Source of the DNA: Gordius albopunctatus
Taxonomy: Eukaryota
DNA length: 64,000 bases
NCBI GenBank assembly: GCA_964276515.1
Contig: OZ193910.1
Location: forward strand, 8,432,001 to 8,496,000
Direction of reading: 5' to 3'
Below, piece by piece: positions 25,888 through 40,500 of the stretch; within the stretch, counting starts at the first letter, position 1, and each line of letters begins with the position of its first letter. The notes below the pieces were generated by a model that did not search any database, had not been told where the DNA came from, and saw nothing but the letters and a program-made list of their open reading frames with translations. Made by a program: the position numbers and the translations under genes.

Positions 25888-28847
25888 AACCATATTCAAC
25901 CGATGAAAGTTGTTATTTTCAGACGTGATTTCCATGATAAAAAGTCAAAATTTATCAGAATTAGAGAACTATTACTTTTAAATCATCATCGCATAGAGCA
26001 TGTTTCAAAAATTAAGCAGTAACGTTGCGATACAACTAATCGCAACATTATAACGTTGTCTTTTCTCAAAATGATTGTTCTCGCAGCATAAAACTTCTTA
26101 TAAGGAGTCGATCGAGATTAATAGGATTCTCAAATGAGCTTACTTTTATATATTTTTTCAAGCTCTTTTACATAAAATAACAAAAAATATATTGTTCAGG
26201 TTAAAATAATTCACAATTTTTTCCTTTCAACCATATTCAACCGATGAAAGTTGTTATTTTCAGACGTGATTTCCATGATAAAAAGTTAAAATTTATCAGA
26301 ATTAGAGAACCATTACTTTTAAATCATCATCGCATAGAGCATGTTTCAAAAATTAAGCACTAACGTTGCGATACAACTAACTAATCGCAACAATATAACG
26401 TTGTCTTTTCTCAAAATGATTGTTCTCGCAGCTTAAAACTTCTTATAAGGAGTCGATCGAGATTAATAGGATTCTCAAATCAGCTTACTTTTATATATTT
26501 TTTCAAGCTCTTTTACATAAAATAACAAAATATATAGTTTTTCAGGTTAAAATAATTCACAATTTTTTCCTTTCAACCATATTCAACCGATGAAAGTTGT
26601 TATTTTCAGACGTGATTTCCATGATAAAAAGTCAAAATTTATCAGAATTAGAGAACTATTACTTTTAAATCATCATCGCATAGAGCATGTTTCAAAAATT
26701 AAGCACTAACGTTGCGATACAACTAATCGCAACAATATAACGTTGTCTTTTCTCAAAATGATTGTTCTCGCAGCTTAAAACTTCTTATAAGGAGTCGATC
26801 GAGAATAATAGGATTCTCAAATGAGCTTACTTTTATATATTTTATCAAGCTATTTTACATAAAATAACAAAAAATATATTTTTTCAGGTTATAATAATTC
26901 ACAATTTTTTCCTTTCAACCATGTTCAACCGATGAAAGTTGTTATTTTCAGACGTGATTTCCATGATAAAAAGTTAAAATTTATCAGAATTAGAGAACCA
27001 TTACTTTTAAATCATCATCGCATAGAGCATGTTTCAAAAATTAAGCACTAACGTTGCGATACAACAAACTAATCGCAACAATATAACGTTGTCTTTTCTA
27101 AAAATGATTGTTCTCGCAGCTTAAAACTTCTTTCTGAAGTCAATCGAGGATAAAAGGTTTCTCAAATTGGCTTACTTTAATATATTTTTTCAAGCTCTTT
27201 TACATAAAATAACAAAAAATATATTTTTTCAGGATAAAATAATTCACAATTTTTTCCTTTCAACCATATTCAACCGATGAAAGTTGTTATTTTCAGACGT
27301 GATTTCCATGATAAAAAGTCAAAATTTATCAGAATTAGAGAACTATTACTTTTAAATCATCATCGCATAGAGCATGTTTCAAAAATTAAGCACTAACGTT
27401 GCGATACAACGAATCGCAACAATATAACGTTGTCTTTTCTCAAAATGATTGTTCTCGCAGCTTAAAACTTCTTATAAGGAGTCGATCGAGATTAATAGGA
27501 TTCTCAAATGAGCTTACTTTTATATATTTTTTCAAGCTCTTTTACATAAAATAACAAAAAATATATTTTTCAGGTTAAAATAATTCACAATTTTTTCCTT
27601 TCAACCATATTCAACCGATGAAAGTTGTTATTTTCAGACGTGATTTCCATGATAAAAAGTCAAAATTTATCAGAATTAGAGAACTATTACTTTTAAATCA
27701 TCATCGCATAGAGCATGTTTCAAAAATTAAGCAGTAACGTTGCGATACAACTAATCGCAACATTATAACGTTGTCTTTTCTCAAAATGATTGTTCTCGCA
27801 GCATAAAACTTCTTATAAGGAGTCGATCGAGATTAATAGGATTCTCAAATGAGCTTACTTTTATATATTTTTTCAAGCTCTTTTACATAAAATAACAAAA
27901 AATATATTGTTCAGGTTAAAATAATTCACAATTTTTTCCTTTCAACCATATTCAACCGATGAAAGTTGTTATTTTCAGACGTGATTTCCATGATAAAAAG
28001 TTAAAATTTATCAGAATTAGAGAACCATTACTTTTAAATCATCATCGCATAGAGCATGTTTCAAAAATTAAGCACTAACGTTGCGATACAACTAACTAAT
28101 CGCAACAATATAACGTTGTCTTTTCTCAAAATGATTGTTCTCGCAGCTTAAAACTTCTTATAAGGAGTCGATCGAGATTAATAGGATTCTCAAATCAGCT
28201 TACTTTTATATATTTTTTCAAGCTCTTTTACATAAAATAACAAAATATATAGTTTTTCAGGTTAAAATAATTCACAATTTTTTCCTTTCAACCATATTCA
28301 ACCGATGAAAGTTGTTATTTTCAGACGTGATTTCCATGATAAAAAGTCAAAATTTATCAGAATTAGAGAACTATTACTTTTAAATCATCATCGCATAGAG
28401 CATGTTTCAAAAATTAAGCACTAACGTTGCGATACAACTAATCGCAACAATATAACGTTGTCTTTTCTCAAAATGATTGTTCTCGCAGCTTAAAACTTCT
28501 TATAAGGAGTCGATCGAGAATAATAGGATTCTCAAATGAGCTTACTTTTATATATTTTATCAAGCTATTTTACATAAAATAACAAAAAATATATTTTTTC
28601 AGGTTATAATAATTCACAATTTTTTCCTTTCAACCATGTTCAACCGATGAAAGTTGTTATTTTCAGACGTGATTTCCATGATAAAAAGTTAAAATTTATC
28701 AGAATTAGAGAACCATTACTTTTAAATCATCATCGCATAGAGCATGTTTCAAAAATTAAGCACTAACGTTGCGATACAACAAACTAATCGCAACAATATA
28801 ACGTTGTCTTTTCTAAAAATGATTGTTCTCGCAGCTTAAAACTTCTT
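25386..28847 (+). repeat. Tandem duplication of a 5-monomer unit (1715 bp)
   Basis: Markers recur at +1715: ACAACGAATC 25691/27406, GCAGTAAC 26016/27731, CAAGCTATTTT 26846/28561. Confidence 0.88.
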
Positions 28848-31800
28848 ATAAGGAGTCGATCGAGATTAATAGGATTCTCAAATGAGCTTACTTTTATATA
28901 TTTTTTCAAGCTCTTTTACATAAAATAACAAAATATATAGTTTTTCAGGTTAAAATAATTCACAATTTTTTCCTTTCGGCCATATTCAACCGATGAAAGT
29001 TGTTATTTTCAGACGTGATTTCCATGATAAAAAGTCAAAATTTATCAGAATTAGAGAACCATTACTTTTAAATCATCATCGCATAGAGCATGTTTCAAAA
29101 ATTAATCACTAACGTTGCGATACAACTAACTAATCGCAACAATATAACGTTGTATTTTCTCAAAATGATTGTTCTCGCAGCTTAAAACTTCTTATAAGGA
29201 GTCGATCGAGATTAATAGGATTCTCAAATGAGCTTACTTTTATATATTTTTTCAAGCTCTTTTACATAAAATAACAAAATATATAGTTTTTCAGGTTAAA
29301 ATAATTCACAATTTTTTCCTTTCGGCCATATTCAACCGATGAAAGTTGTTATTTTCAGACGTGATTTCCATGATAAAAAGTTAAAATTTATCAGAATTAG
29401 AGAACCATTACTTTTAAATCATCATCGCATAGAGCATGTTTCAAAAATTAAGCACTAACGTTGCGATACAACTAACTAATCGCAACAATATAACGTTGTA
29501 TTTTCTCAAAATGATTGTTCTCGCAGCTTAAAACTTCTTATAAGGAGTCGATCGAGATTAATAGGATTCTCAAATGATCTTACTTTTATATATTTTTTCA
29601 AGCTCTTTTACATAAAATAACAAAAAATATATTTTTTCAGGTTATAATAATTCACAATTTTTTCCTTTCAACCATATTCAACCGATGAAAGTTGTTATTT
29701 TCAGACGTGATTTCCATGATAAAAAGTTAAAATTTATCAGAATTAGAGAACTATTACTTTTAAATCATCATCGCATAGAGCATGTTTCAAAAATTAAGCA
29801 CTCACGTTGCGATACAACAAACTAATCGCAACAAGATAACGTTGTCTTTTCGCAAAATGATAGTTCTCGCAGCTTGAAACATCTTATAAGGAGTCGATCG
29901 AGATTAATAGGATTCTCAAATGAGCTTACTTTTATATATTTTTTCAAGCTCTTTTACATAAAATAACAAAATATATAGTTTTTCAGGTTAAAATAATTCA
30001 CAATTTTTTCCTTTCGGCCATATTCAACCGATGAAAGTTGTTATTTTCAGACGTGATTTCCATGATAAAAAGTCAAAATTTATCATAATTAGAGAACCAT
30101 TACTTTTAAATCATCATCGCATAGAGCATGTTTCAAAAATTAAGCACTCACGTTGCGATACAACAAACTAATCGCAACAAGATAACGTTGTCTTTTCGCA
30201 AAATGATAGTTCTCGCAGCTTGAAACATCTTATAAGGAGTCGATCGAGATTAATAGGATTCTCAAATGAGCTTACTTTTATATATTTTTTCAAGCTCTTT
30301 TACATAAAATAACAAAATATATAGTTTTTCAGGTTAAAATAATTCACAATTTTTTCCTTTCGGCCATATTCAACCGATGAAAGTTGTTATTTTCAGACGT
30401 GATTTCCATGATAAAAAGTCAAAATTTATCAGAATTAGAGAACCATTACTTTTAAATCATCATCGCATAGAGCATGTTTCAAAAATTAAGCACTAACGTT
30501 GCGATACAACTAACTAATCGCAACAATATAACGTTGTATTTTCTCAAAATGATTGTTCTCGCAGCTTAAAACTTCTTATAAGGAGTCGATCGAGATTAAT
30601 AGGATTCTCAAATGAGCTTACTTTTATATATTTTTTCAAGCTCTTTTACATAAAATAACAAAATATATAGTTTTTCAGGTTAAAATAATTCACAATTTTT
30701 TCCTTTCGGCCATATTCAACCGATGAAAGTTGTTATTTTCAGACGTGATTTCCATGATAAAAAGTTAAAATTTATCAGAATTAGAGAACCATTACTTTTA
30801 AATCATCATCGCATAGAGCATGTTTCAAAAATTAAGCACTAACGTTGCGATACAACTAACTAATCGCAACAATATAACGTTGTATTTTCTCAAAATGATT
30901 GTTCTCGCAGCTTAAAACTTCTTATAAGGAGTCGATCGAGATTAATAGGATTCTCAAATGATCTTACTTTTATATATTTTTTCAAGCTCTTTTACATAAA
31001 ATAACAAAAAATATATTTTTTCAGGTTATAATAATTCACAATTTTTTCCTTTCAACCATATTCAACCGATGAAAGTTGTTATTTTCAGACGTGATTTCCA
31101 TGATAAAAAGTTAAAATTTATCAGAATTAGAGAACCATTACTTTTAAATCATCATCGCATAGAGCATGTTTCAAAAATTAAGCACTAACGTTGCGATACA
31201 ACTAACTAATCGCAACAATATAACGTTGTATTTTCTCAAAATGATTGTTCTCGCAGCTTAAAACTTCTTATAAGGAGTCGATCGAGATTAATAGGATTCT
31301 CAAATGATCTTACTTTTATATATTTTTTCAAGCTCTTTTACATAAAATAACAAAAAATATATTTTTTCAGGTTATAATAATTCACAATTTTTTCCTTTCA
31401 ACCATATTCAACCGATGAAAGTTGTTATTTTCAGACGTGATTTCCATGATAAAAAGTTAAAATTTATCAGAATTAGAGAACCATTACTTTTAAATCATCA
31501 TCGCATAGAGCATGTTTCAAAAATTAAGCACTAACGTTGCGATACAACTAACTAATCGCAACAATATAACGTTGTATTTTCTCAAAATGATTGTTCTCGC
31601 AGCTTAAAACTTCTTATAAGGAGTCGATCGAGATTAATAGGATTCTCAAATGATCTTACTTTTATATATTTTTTCAAGCTCTTTTACATAAAATAACAAA
31701 AAATATATTTTTTCAGGTTATAATAATTCACAATTTTTTCCTTTCAACCATATTCAACCGATGAAAGTTGTTATTTTCAGACGTGATTTCCATGATAAAA

Positions 31801-34519
31801 AGTCAAAATTTATCAGAATTAGAGAACCATTACTTTTAAATCATCATCGCATAGAGCATGTTTCAAAAATTAAGCACTAACGTTGCGATACAACTAACTA
31901 ATCGCAACAATATAACGTTGTATTTTCTCAAAATGATTGTTCTCGCAGCTTAAAACTTCTTATAAGGAGTCGATCGAGATTAATAGGATTCTCAAATGAT
32001 CTTACTTTTATATATTTTTTCAAGCTCTTTTACATAAAATAACAAAAATATATTTTTTCAGGTTATAATAATTCACAATTTTTTCCTTTCAACCATATTC
32101 AACCGATGAAAGTTGTTATTTTCAGACGTGATTTCCATGATAAAAAGTTAAAATTTATCAGAATTAGAGAACTATTACTTTTAAATCATCATCGCATAGA
32201 GCATGTTTCAAAAATTAAGCACTCACGTTGCGATACAACAAACTAATCGCAACAAGATAACGTTGTCTTTTCGCAAAATGATAGTTCTCGCAGCTTGAAA
32301 CATCTTATAAGGAGTCGATCGAGATTAATAGGATTCTCAAATGAGCTTACTTTTATATATTTTTTCAAGCTCTTTTACATAAAATAACAAAATATATAGT
32401 TTTTCAGGTTAAAATAATTCACAATTTTTTCCTTTCGGCCATATTCAACCGATGAAAGTTGTTATTTTCAGACGTGATTTCCATGATAAAAAGTCAAAAT
32501 TTATCAGAATTAGAGAACCATTACTTTTAAATCATCATCGCATAGAGCATGTTTCAAAAATTAAGCACTCACGTTGCGATACAACAAACTAATCGCAACA
32601 AGATAACGTTGTCTTTTCGCAAAATGATAGTTCTCGCAGCTTGAAACATCTTATAAGGAGTCGATCGAGATTAATAGGATTCTCAAATGAGCTTACTTTT
32701 ATATATTTTTTCAAGCTCTTTTACATAAAATAACAAAATATATAGTTTTTCAGGTTAAAATAATTCACAATTTTTTCCTTTCGGCCATATTCAACCGATG
32801 AAAGTTGTTATTTTCAGACGTGATTTCCATGATAAAAAGTCAAAATTTATCAGAATTAGAGAACCATTACTTTTAAATCATCATCGCATAGAGCATGTTT
32901 CAAAAATTAAGCACTAACGTTGCGATACAACTAACTAATCGCAACAATATAACGTTGTATTTTCTCAAAATGATTGTTCTCGCAGCTTAAAACTTCTTAT
33001 AAGGAGTCGATCGAGATTAATAGGATTCTCAAATGAGCTTACTTTTATATATTTTTTCAAGCTCTTTTACATAAAATAACAAAATATATAGTTTTTCAGG
33101 TTAAAATAATTCACAATTTTTTCCTTTCGGCCATATTCAACCGATGAAAGTTGTTATTTTCAGACGTGATTTCCATGATAAAAAGTTAAAATTTATCAGA
33201 ATTAGAGAACCATTACTTTTAAATCATCATCGCATAGAGCATGTTTCAAAAATTAAGCACTAACGTTGCGATACAACTAACTAATCGCAACAATATAACG
33301 TTGTATTTTCTCAAAATGATTGTTCTCGCAGCTTAAAACTTCTTATAAGGAGTCGATCGAGATTAATAGGATTCTCAAATGATCTTACTTTTATATATTT
33401 TTTCAAGCTCTTTTACATAAAATAACAAAAAATATATTTTTTCAGGTTATAATAATTCACAATTTTTTCCTTTCAACCATATTCAACCGATGAAAGTTGT
33501 TATTTTCAGACGTGATTTCCATGATAAAAAGTTAAAATTTATCAGAATTAGAGAACCATTACTTTTAAATCATCATCGCATAGAGCATGTTTCAAAAATT
33601 AAGCACTAACGTTGCGATACAACTAACTAATCGCAACAATATAACGTTGTATTTTCTCAAAATGATTGTTCTCGCAGCTTAAAACTTCTTATAAGGAGTC
33701 GATCGAGATTAATAGGATTCTCAAATGAGCTTACTTTTATATATTTTTTCAAGCTCTTTTACATAAAATAACAAAATATATAGTTTTTCAGGTTAAAATA
33801 ATTCACAATTTTTTCCTTTCGGCCATATTCAACCGATGAAAGTTGTTATTTTCAGACGTGATTTCCATGATAAAAAGTCAAAATTTATCAGAATTAGAGA
33901 ACCATTACTTTTAAATCATCATCGCATAGAGCATGTTTCAAAAATTAAGCACTAACGTTGCGATACAACAAACTAATCGCAACAATATAACGTTGTCTTT
34001 TCTAAAAATGATTGTTCTCGCAGCTTAAAACTTCTTATAAGGAGTCGATCGAGATTAATAGGATTCTCAAATGAGCTTACTTTTATATATTTTTTCAAGC
34101 TCTTTTACATAAAATAACAAAATATATAGTTTTTCAGGTTAAAATAATTCACAATTTTTTCCTTTCGGCCATATTCAACCGATGAAAGTTGTTATTTTCA
34201 GACGTGATTTCCATGATAAAAAGTTAAAATTTATCAGAATTAGAGAACTATTACTTTTAAATCATCATCGCATAGAGCATGTTTCAAAAATTAAGCACTC
34301 ACGTTCCGATACAACAAACTAATCGCAACAAGATAACGTTGTCTTTTCGCAAAATGATAGTTCTCGCAGCTTGAAACATCTTATAAGGAGTCGATCGAGA
34401 TTAATAGGATTCTCAAATCAGCTTACTTTTATATATTTTTTCAAGCTCTTTTACATAAAATAACAAAAAATATATTTTTTCAGGTTATAATAATTCACAA
34501 TTTTTTCCTTTCAACCATA

Positions 34520-37500
34520 TTCAACCGATGAAAGTTGTTATTTTCAGACGTGATTTCCATGATAAAAAGTTAAAATTTATCAGAATTAGAGAACCATTAC
34601 TTTTAAATCATCATCGCATAGAGCATGTTTCAAAAATTAAGCACTAACGTTGCGATACAACTAACTAATCGCAACAATATAACGTTGTATTTTCTCAAAA
34701 TGATTGTTCTCGCAGCTTAAAACTTCTTATAAGGAGTCGATCGAGATTAATAGGATTCTCAAATGAGCTTACTTTTATATATTTTTTCAAGCTCTTTTAC
34801 ATAAAATAACAAAATATATAGTTTTTCAGGTTAAAATAATTCACAATTTTTTCCTTTCGGCCATATTCAACCGATGAAAGTTGTTATTTTCAGACGTGAT
34901 TTCCATGATAAAAAGTCAAAATTTATCAGAATTAGAGAACCATTACTTTTAAATCATCATCGCATAGAGCATGTTTCAAAAATTAAGCACTAACGTTGCG
35001 ATACAACAAACTAATCGCAACAATATAACGTTGTCTTTTCTAAAAATGATTGTTCTCGCAGCTTAAAACTTCTTATAAGGAGTCGATCGAGATTAATAGG
35101 ATTCTCAAATGAGCTTACTTTTATATATTTTTTCAAGCTCTTTTACATAAAATAACAAAATATATAGTTTTTCAGGTTAAAATAATTCACAATTTTTTCC
35201 TTTCGGCCATATTCAACCGATGAAAGTTGTTATTTTCAGACGTGATTTCCATGATAAAAAGTTAAAATTTATCAGAATTAGAGAACTATTACTTTTAAAT
35301 CATCATCGCATAGAGCATGTTTCAAAAATTAAGCACTCACGTTCCGATACAACAAACTAATCGCAACAAGATAACGTTGTCTTTTCGCAAAATGATAGTT
35401 CTCGCAGCTTGAAACATCTTATAAGGAGTCGATCGAGATTAATAGGATTCTCAAATCAGCTTACTTTTATATATTTTTTCAAGCTCTTTTACATAAAATA
35501 ACAAAAAATATATTTTTTCAGGTTAAAATAATTCACAATTTTTTCCTTTCAACCATATTCAACAGAAGAAAGTTGTTATTTTCAGACGAGATTTCCATGA
35601 TAAAAAGTTAAAATTTATCAGAATTAGAGAACCATTACTTTTAAATCATCATCGCATACAGCATGTTTTAAAAATTAAGCACTAACGTTGCGATACAACT
35701 AATCGCAACAATATAACGTTGTCTTTTCTCAAAATGATTGTTCTCGCAGCTTAAAACTTCTTATAAGGAGTCGATCGAGATTAATAGGATTCTCAAATGA
35801 GCTTACTTTTATATATTTTTTCAAGCTCTTTTACATAAAATAACAAAAAATATATTTTTTCAGGTTAAAATAATTCACAATTTTTTCCTTTCAACCATAT
35901 TCAACCGATGAAAGTTGTTATTTTCAGACGTGATTTCCACGATAAAAAGTCAAAATTTATCAGAATTAGAGAACTATTACTTTTAAATCATCATCGCATA
36001 GAGCATGTTTCAAAAATTAAGCACTAACGTTGCGATACAACTAATCGCAACAATATAACGTTGTATTTTCTCAAAATGATTGTTCTCGCAGCTTAAAACT
36101 TCTTATAAGGAGTCGATCGAGATTAATAGGATTCTCAAATGAGCTTACTTTTATATATTTTTTCAAGCTCTTTTACATAAAATAACAAAATATATAGTTT
36201 TTCAGGTTAAAATAATTCACAATTTTTTCCTTTCGGCCATATTCAACCGATGAAAGTTGTTATTTTCAGACGTGATTTCCATGATAAAAAGTCAAAATTT
36301 ATCAGAATTAGAGAACTATTACTTTTAAATCATCATCGCATAGAGCATGTTTCAAAAATTAAGCACTAACGTTGCGATACAACAAACTAATCGCAACAAT
36401 ATAACGTTGTCTTTTCTCAAAATGATTGTTCTCGCAGCTTAAAACTTCTTTCTAAAGTCAATCGAGGATAAAAGGTTTCTCAAATTGGCTTACTTTAAAA
36501 TATTTTTTCAAGCTCTTTTACATAAAATAACAAAATATATATTTTTTTAGGTTAAAATAATTCACAATTTTTTACTTTCGGCCATATTCAACCTATGAAA
36601 GTTGTTATTTTCAGACGTTATTTCCACGATAAAAAGTCAAAATTTATCAGAATTAGAGAACTATTACTTTTAAATCATCATCGCATAGAGCATGTTTCAA
36701 AAATTAAGCACTAACGTTGCGATACAACAAACTAATCGCAACAATATAACGTTGTCTTTTCTCAAAATGATTGTTCTCGCAGCTTAAAACTTCTTTCTAA
36801 AGTCAATCGAGGATAAAAGGTTTCTCAAATTGGCTTACTTTAAAATATTTTTTCAAGCTCTTTTACATAAAATAACAAAATATATAGTTTTTCAGGTTAA
36901 AATAATTCACAATTTTTTCCTTTCGGCCATATTCAACCGATGAAAGTTGTTATTTTCAGACGTGATTTCCATGATAAAAAGTTAAAATTTATCAGAATTA
37001 GAGAACTATTACTTTTAAATCATCATCGCATAGAGCATGTTTCAAAAATTAAGCACTCACGTTCCGATACAACAAACTAATCGCAACAAGATAACGTTGT
37101 CTTTTCGCAAAATGATAGTTCTCGCAGCTTGAAACATCTTATAAGGAGTCGATCGAGATTAATAGGATTCTCAAATCAGCTTACTTTTATATATTTTTTC
37201 AAGCTCTTTTACATAAAATAACAAAAAATATATTTTTTCAGGTTAAAATAATTCACAATTTTTTCCTTTCAACCATATTCAACAGAAGAAAGTTGTTATT
37301 TTCAGACGAGATTTCCATGATAAAAAGTTAAAATTTATCAGAATTAGAGAACCATTACTTTTAAATCATCATCGCATACAGCATGTTTTAAAAATTAAGC
37401 ACTAACGTTGCGATACAACTAATCGCAACAATATAACGTTGTCTTTTCTCAAAATGATTGTTCTCGCAGCTTAAAACTTCTTATAAGGAGTCGATCGAGA

Positions 37501-40500
37501 TTAATAGGATTCTCAAATGAGCTTACTTTTATATATTTTTTCAAGCTCTTTTACATAAAATAACAAAAAATATATTTTTTCAGGTTAAAATAATTCACAA
37601 TTTTTTCCTTTCAACCATATTCAACCGATGAAAGTTGTTATTTTCAGACGTGATTTCCACGATAAAAAGTCAAAATTTATCAGAATTAGAGAACTATTAC
37701 TTTTAAATCATCATCGCATAGAGCATGTTTCAAAAATTAAGCACTAACGTTGCGATACAACTAATCGCAACAATATAACGTTGTATTTTCTCAAAATGAT
37801 TGTTCTCGCAGCTTAAAACTTCTTATAAGGAGTCGATCGAGATTAATAGGATTCTCAAATGAGCTTACTTTTATATATTTTTTCAAGCTCTTTTACATAA
37901 AATAACAAAATATATAGTTTTTCAGGTTAAAATAATTCACAATTTTTTCCTTTCGGCCATATTCAACCGATGAAAGTTGTTATTTTCAGACGTGATTTCC
38001 ATGATAAAAAGTTAAAATTTATCAGAATTAGAGAACCATTACTTTTAAATCATCATCGCATAGAGCATGTTTCAAAAATTAAGCACTAACGTTGCGATAC
38101 AACTAACTAATCGCAACAATATAACGTTGTATTTTCTCAAAATGATTGTTCTCGCAGCTTAAAACTTCTTATAAGGAGTCGATCGAGATTAATAGGATTC
38201 TCAAATGAGCTTACTTTTATATATTTTTTCAAGCTCTTTTACATAAAATAACAAAATATATAGTTTTTCAGGTTAAAATAATTCACAATTTTTTCCTTTC
38301 GGCCATATTCAACCGATGAAAGTTGTTATTTTCAGACGTGATTTCCATGATAAAAAGTCAAAATTTATCAGAATTAGAGAACCATTACTTTTAAATCATC
38401 ATCGCATAGAGCATGTTTCAAAAATTAAGCACTAACGTTGCGATACAACAAACTAATCGCAACAATATAACGTTGTCTTTTCTAAAAATGATTGTTCTCG
38501 CAGCTTAAAACTTCTTATAAGGAGTCGATCGAGATTAATAGGATTCTCAAATGAGCTTACTTTTATATATTTTTTCAAGCTCTTTTACATAAAATAACAA
38601 AATATATAGTTTTTCAGGTTAAAATAATTCACAATTTTTTCCTTTCGGCCATATTCAACCGATGAAAGTTGTTATTTTCAGACGTGATTTCCATGATAAA
38701 AAGTTAAAATTTATCAGAATTAGAGAACTATTACTTTTAAATCATCATCGCATAGAGCATGTTTCAAAAATTAAGCACTCACGTTCCGATACAACAAACT
38801 AATCGCAACAAGATAACGTTGTCTTTTCGCAAAATGATAGTTCTCGCAGCTTGAAACATCTTATAAGGAGTCGATCGAGATTAATAGGATTCTCAAATCA
38901 GCTTACTTTTATATATTTTTTCAAGCTCTTTTACATAAAATAACAAAAAATATATTTTTTCAGGTTAAAATAATTCACAATTTTTTCCTTTCAACCATAT
39001 TCAACAGAAGAAAGTTGTTATTTTCAGACGAGATTTCCATGATAAAAAGTTAAAATTTATCAGAATTAGAGAACCATTACTTTTAAATCATCATCGCATA
39101 CAGCATGTTTTAAAAATTAAGCACTAACGTTGCGATACAACTAATCGCAACAATATAACGTTGTCTTTTCTCAAAATGATTGTTCTCGCAGCTTAAAACT
39201 TCTTATAAGGAGTCGATCGAGATTAATAGGATTCTCAAATGAGCTTACTTTTATATATTTTTTCAAGCTCTTTTACATAAAATAACAAAAAATATATTTT
39301 TTCAGGTTAAAATAATTCACAATTTTTTCCTTTCAACCATATTCAACCGATGAAAGTTGTTATTTTCAGACGTGATTTCCACGATAAAAAGTCAAAATTT
39401 ATCAGAATTAGAGAACTATTACTTTTAAATCATCATCGCATAGAGCATGTTTCAAAAATTAAGCACTAACGTTGCGATACAACTAATCGCAACAATATAA
39501 CGTTGTATTTTCTCAAAATGATTGTTCTCGCAGCTTAAAACTTCTTATAAGGAGTCGATCGAGATTAATAGGATTCTCAAATGAGCTTACTTTTATATAT
39601 TTTTTCAAGCTCTTTTACATAAAATAACAAAATATATAGTTTTTCAGGTTAAAATAATTCACAATTTTTTCCTTTCGGCCATATTCAACCGATGAAAGTT
39701 GTTATTTTCAGACGTGATTTCCATGATAAAAAGTCAAAATTTATCAGAATTAGAGAACTATTACTTTTAAATCATCATCGCATAGAGCATGTTTCAAAAA
39801 TTAAGCACTAACGTTGCGATACAACAAACTAATCGCAACAATATAACGTTGTCTTTTCTCAAAATGATTGTTCTCGCAGCTTAAAACTTCTTTCTAAAGT
39901 CAATCGAGGATAAAAGGTTTCTCAAATTGGCTTACTTTAAAATATTTTTTCAAGCTCTTTTACATAAAATAACAAAATATATATTTTTTTAGGTTAAAAT
40001 AATTCACAATTTTTTACTTTCGGCCATATTCAACCTATGAAAGTTGTTATTTTCAGACGTTATTTCCACGATAAAAAGTCAAAATTTATCAGAATTAGAG
40101 AACTATTACTTTTAAATCATCATCGCATAGAGCATGTTTCAAAAATTAAGCACTAACGTTGCGATACAACAAACTAATCGCAACAATATAACGTTGTCTT
40201 TTCTCAAAATGATTGTTCTCGCAGCTTAAAACTTCTTTCTAAAGTCAATCGAGGATAAAAGGTTTCTCAAATTGGCTTACTTTAAAATATTTTTTCAAGC
40301 TCTTTTACATAAAATAACAAAATATATAGTTTTTCAGGTTAAAATAATTCACAATTTTTTCCTTTCGGCCATATTCAACCGATGAAAGTTGTTATTTTCA
40401 GACGTGATTTCCATGATAAAAAGTTAAAATTTATCAGAATTAGAGAACTATTACTTTTAAATCATCATCGCATAGAGCATGTTTCAAAAATTAAGCACTC

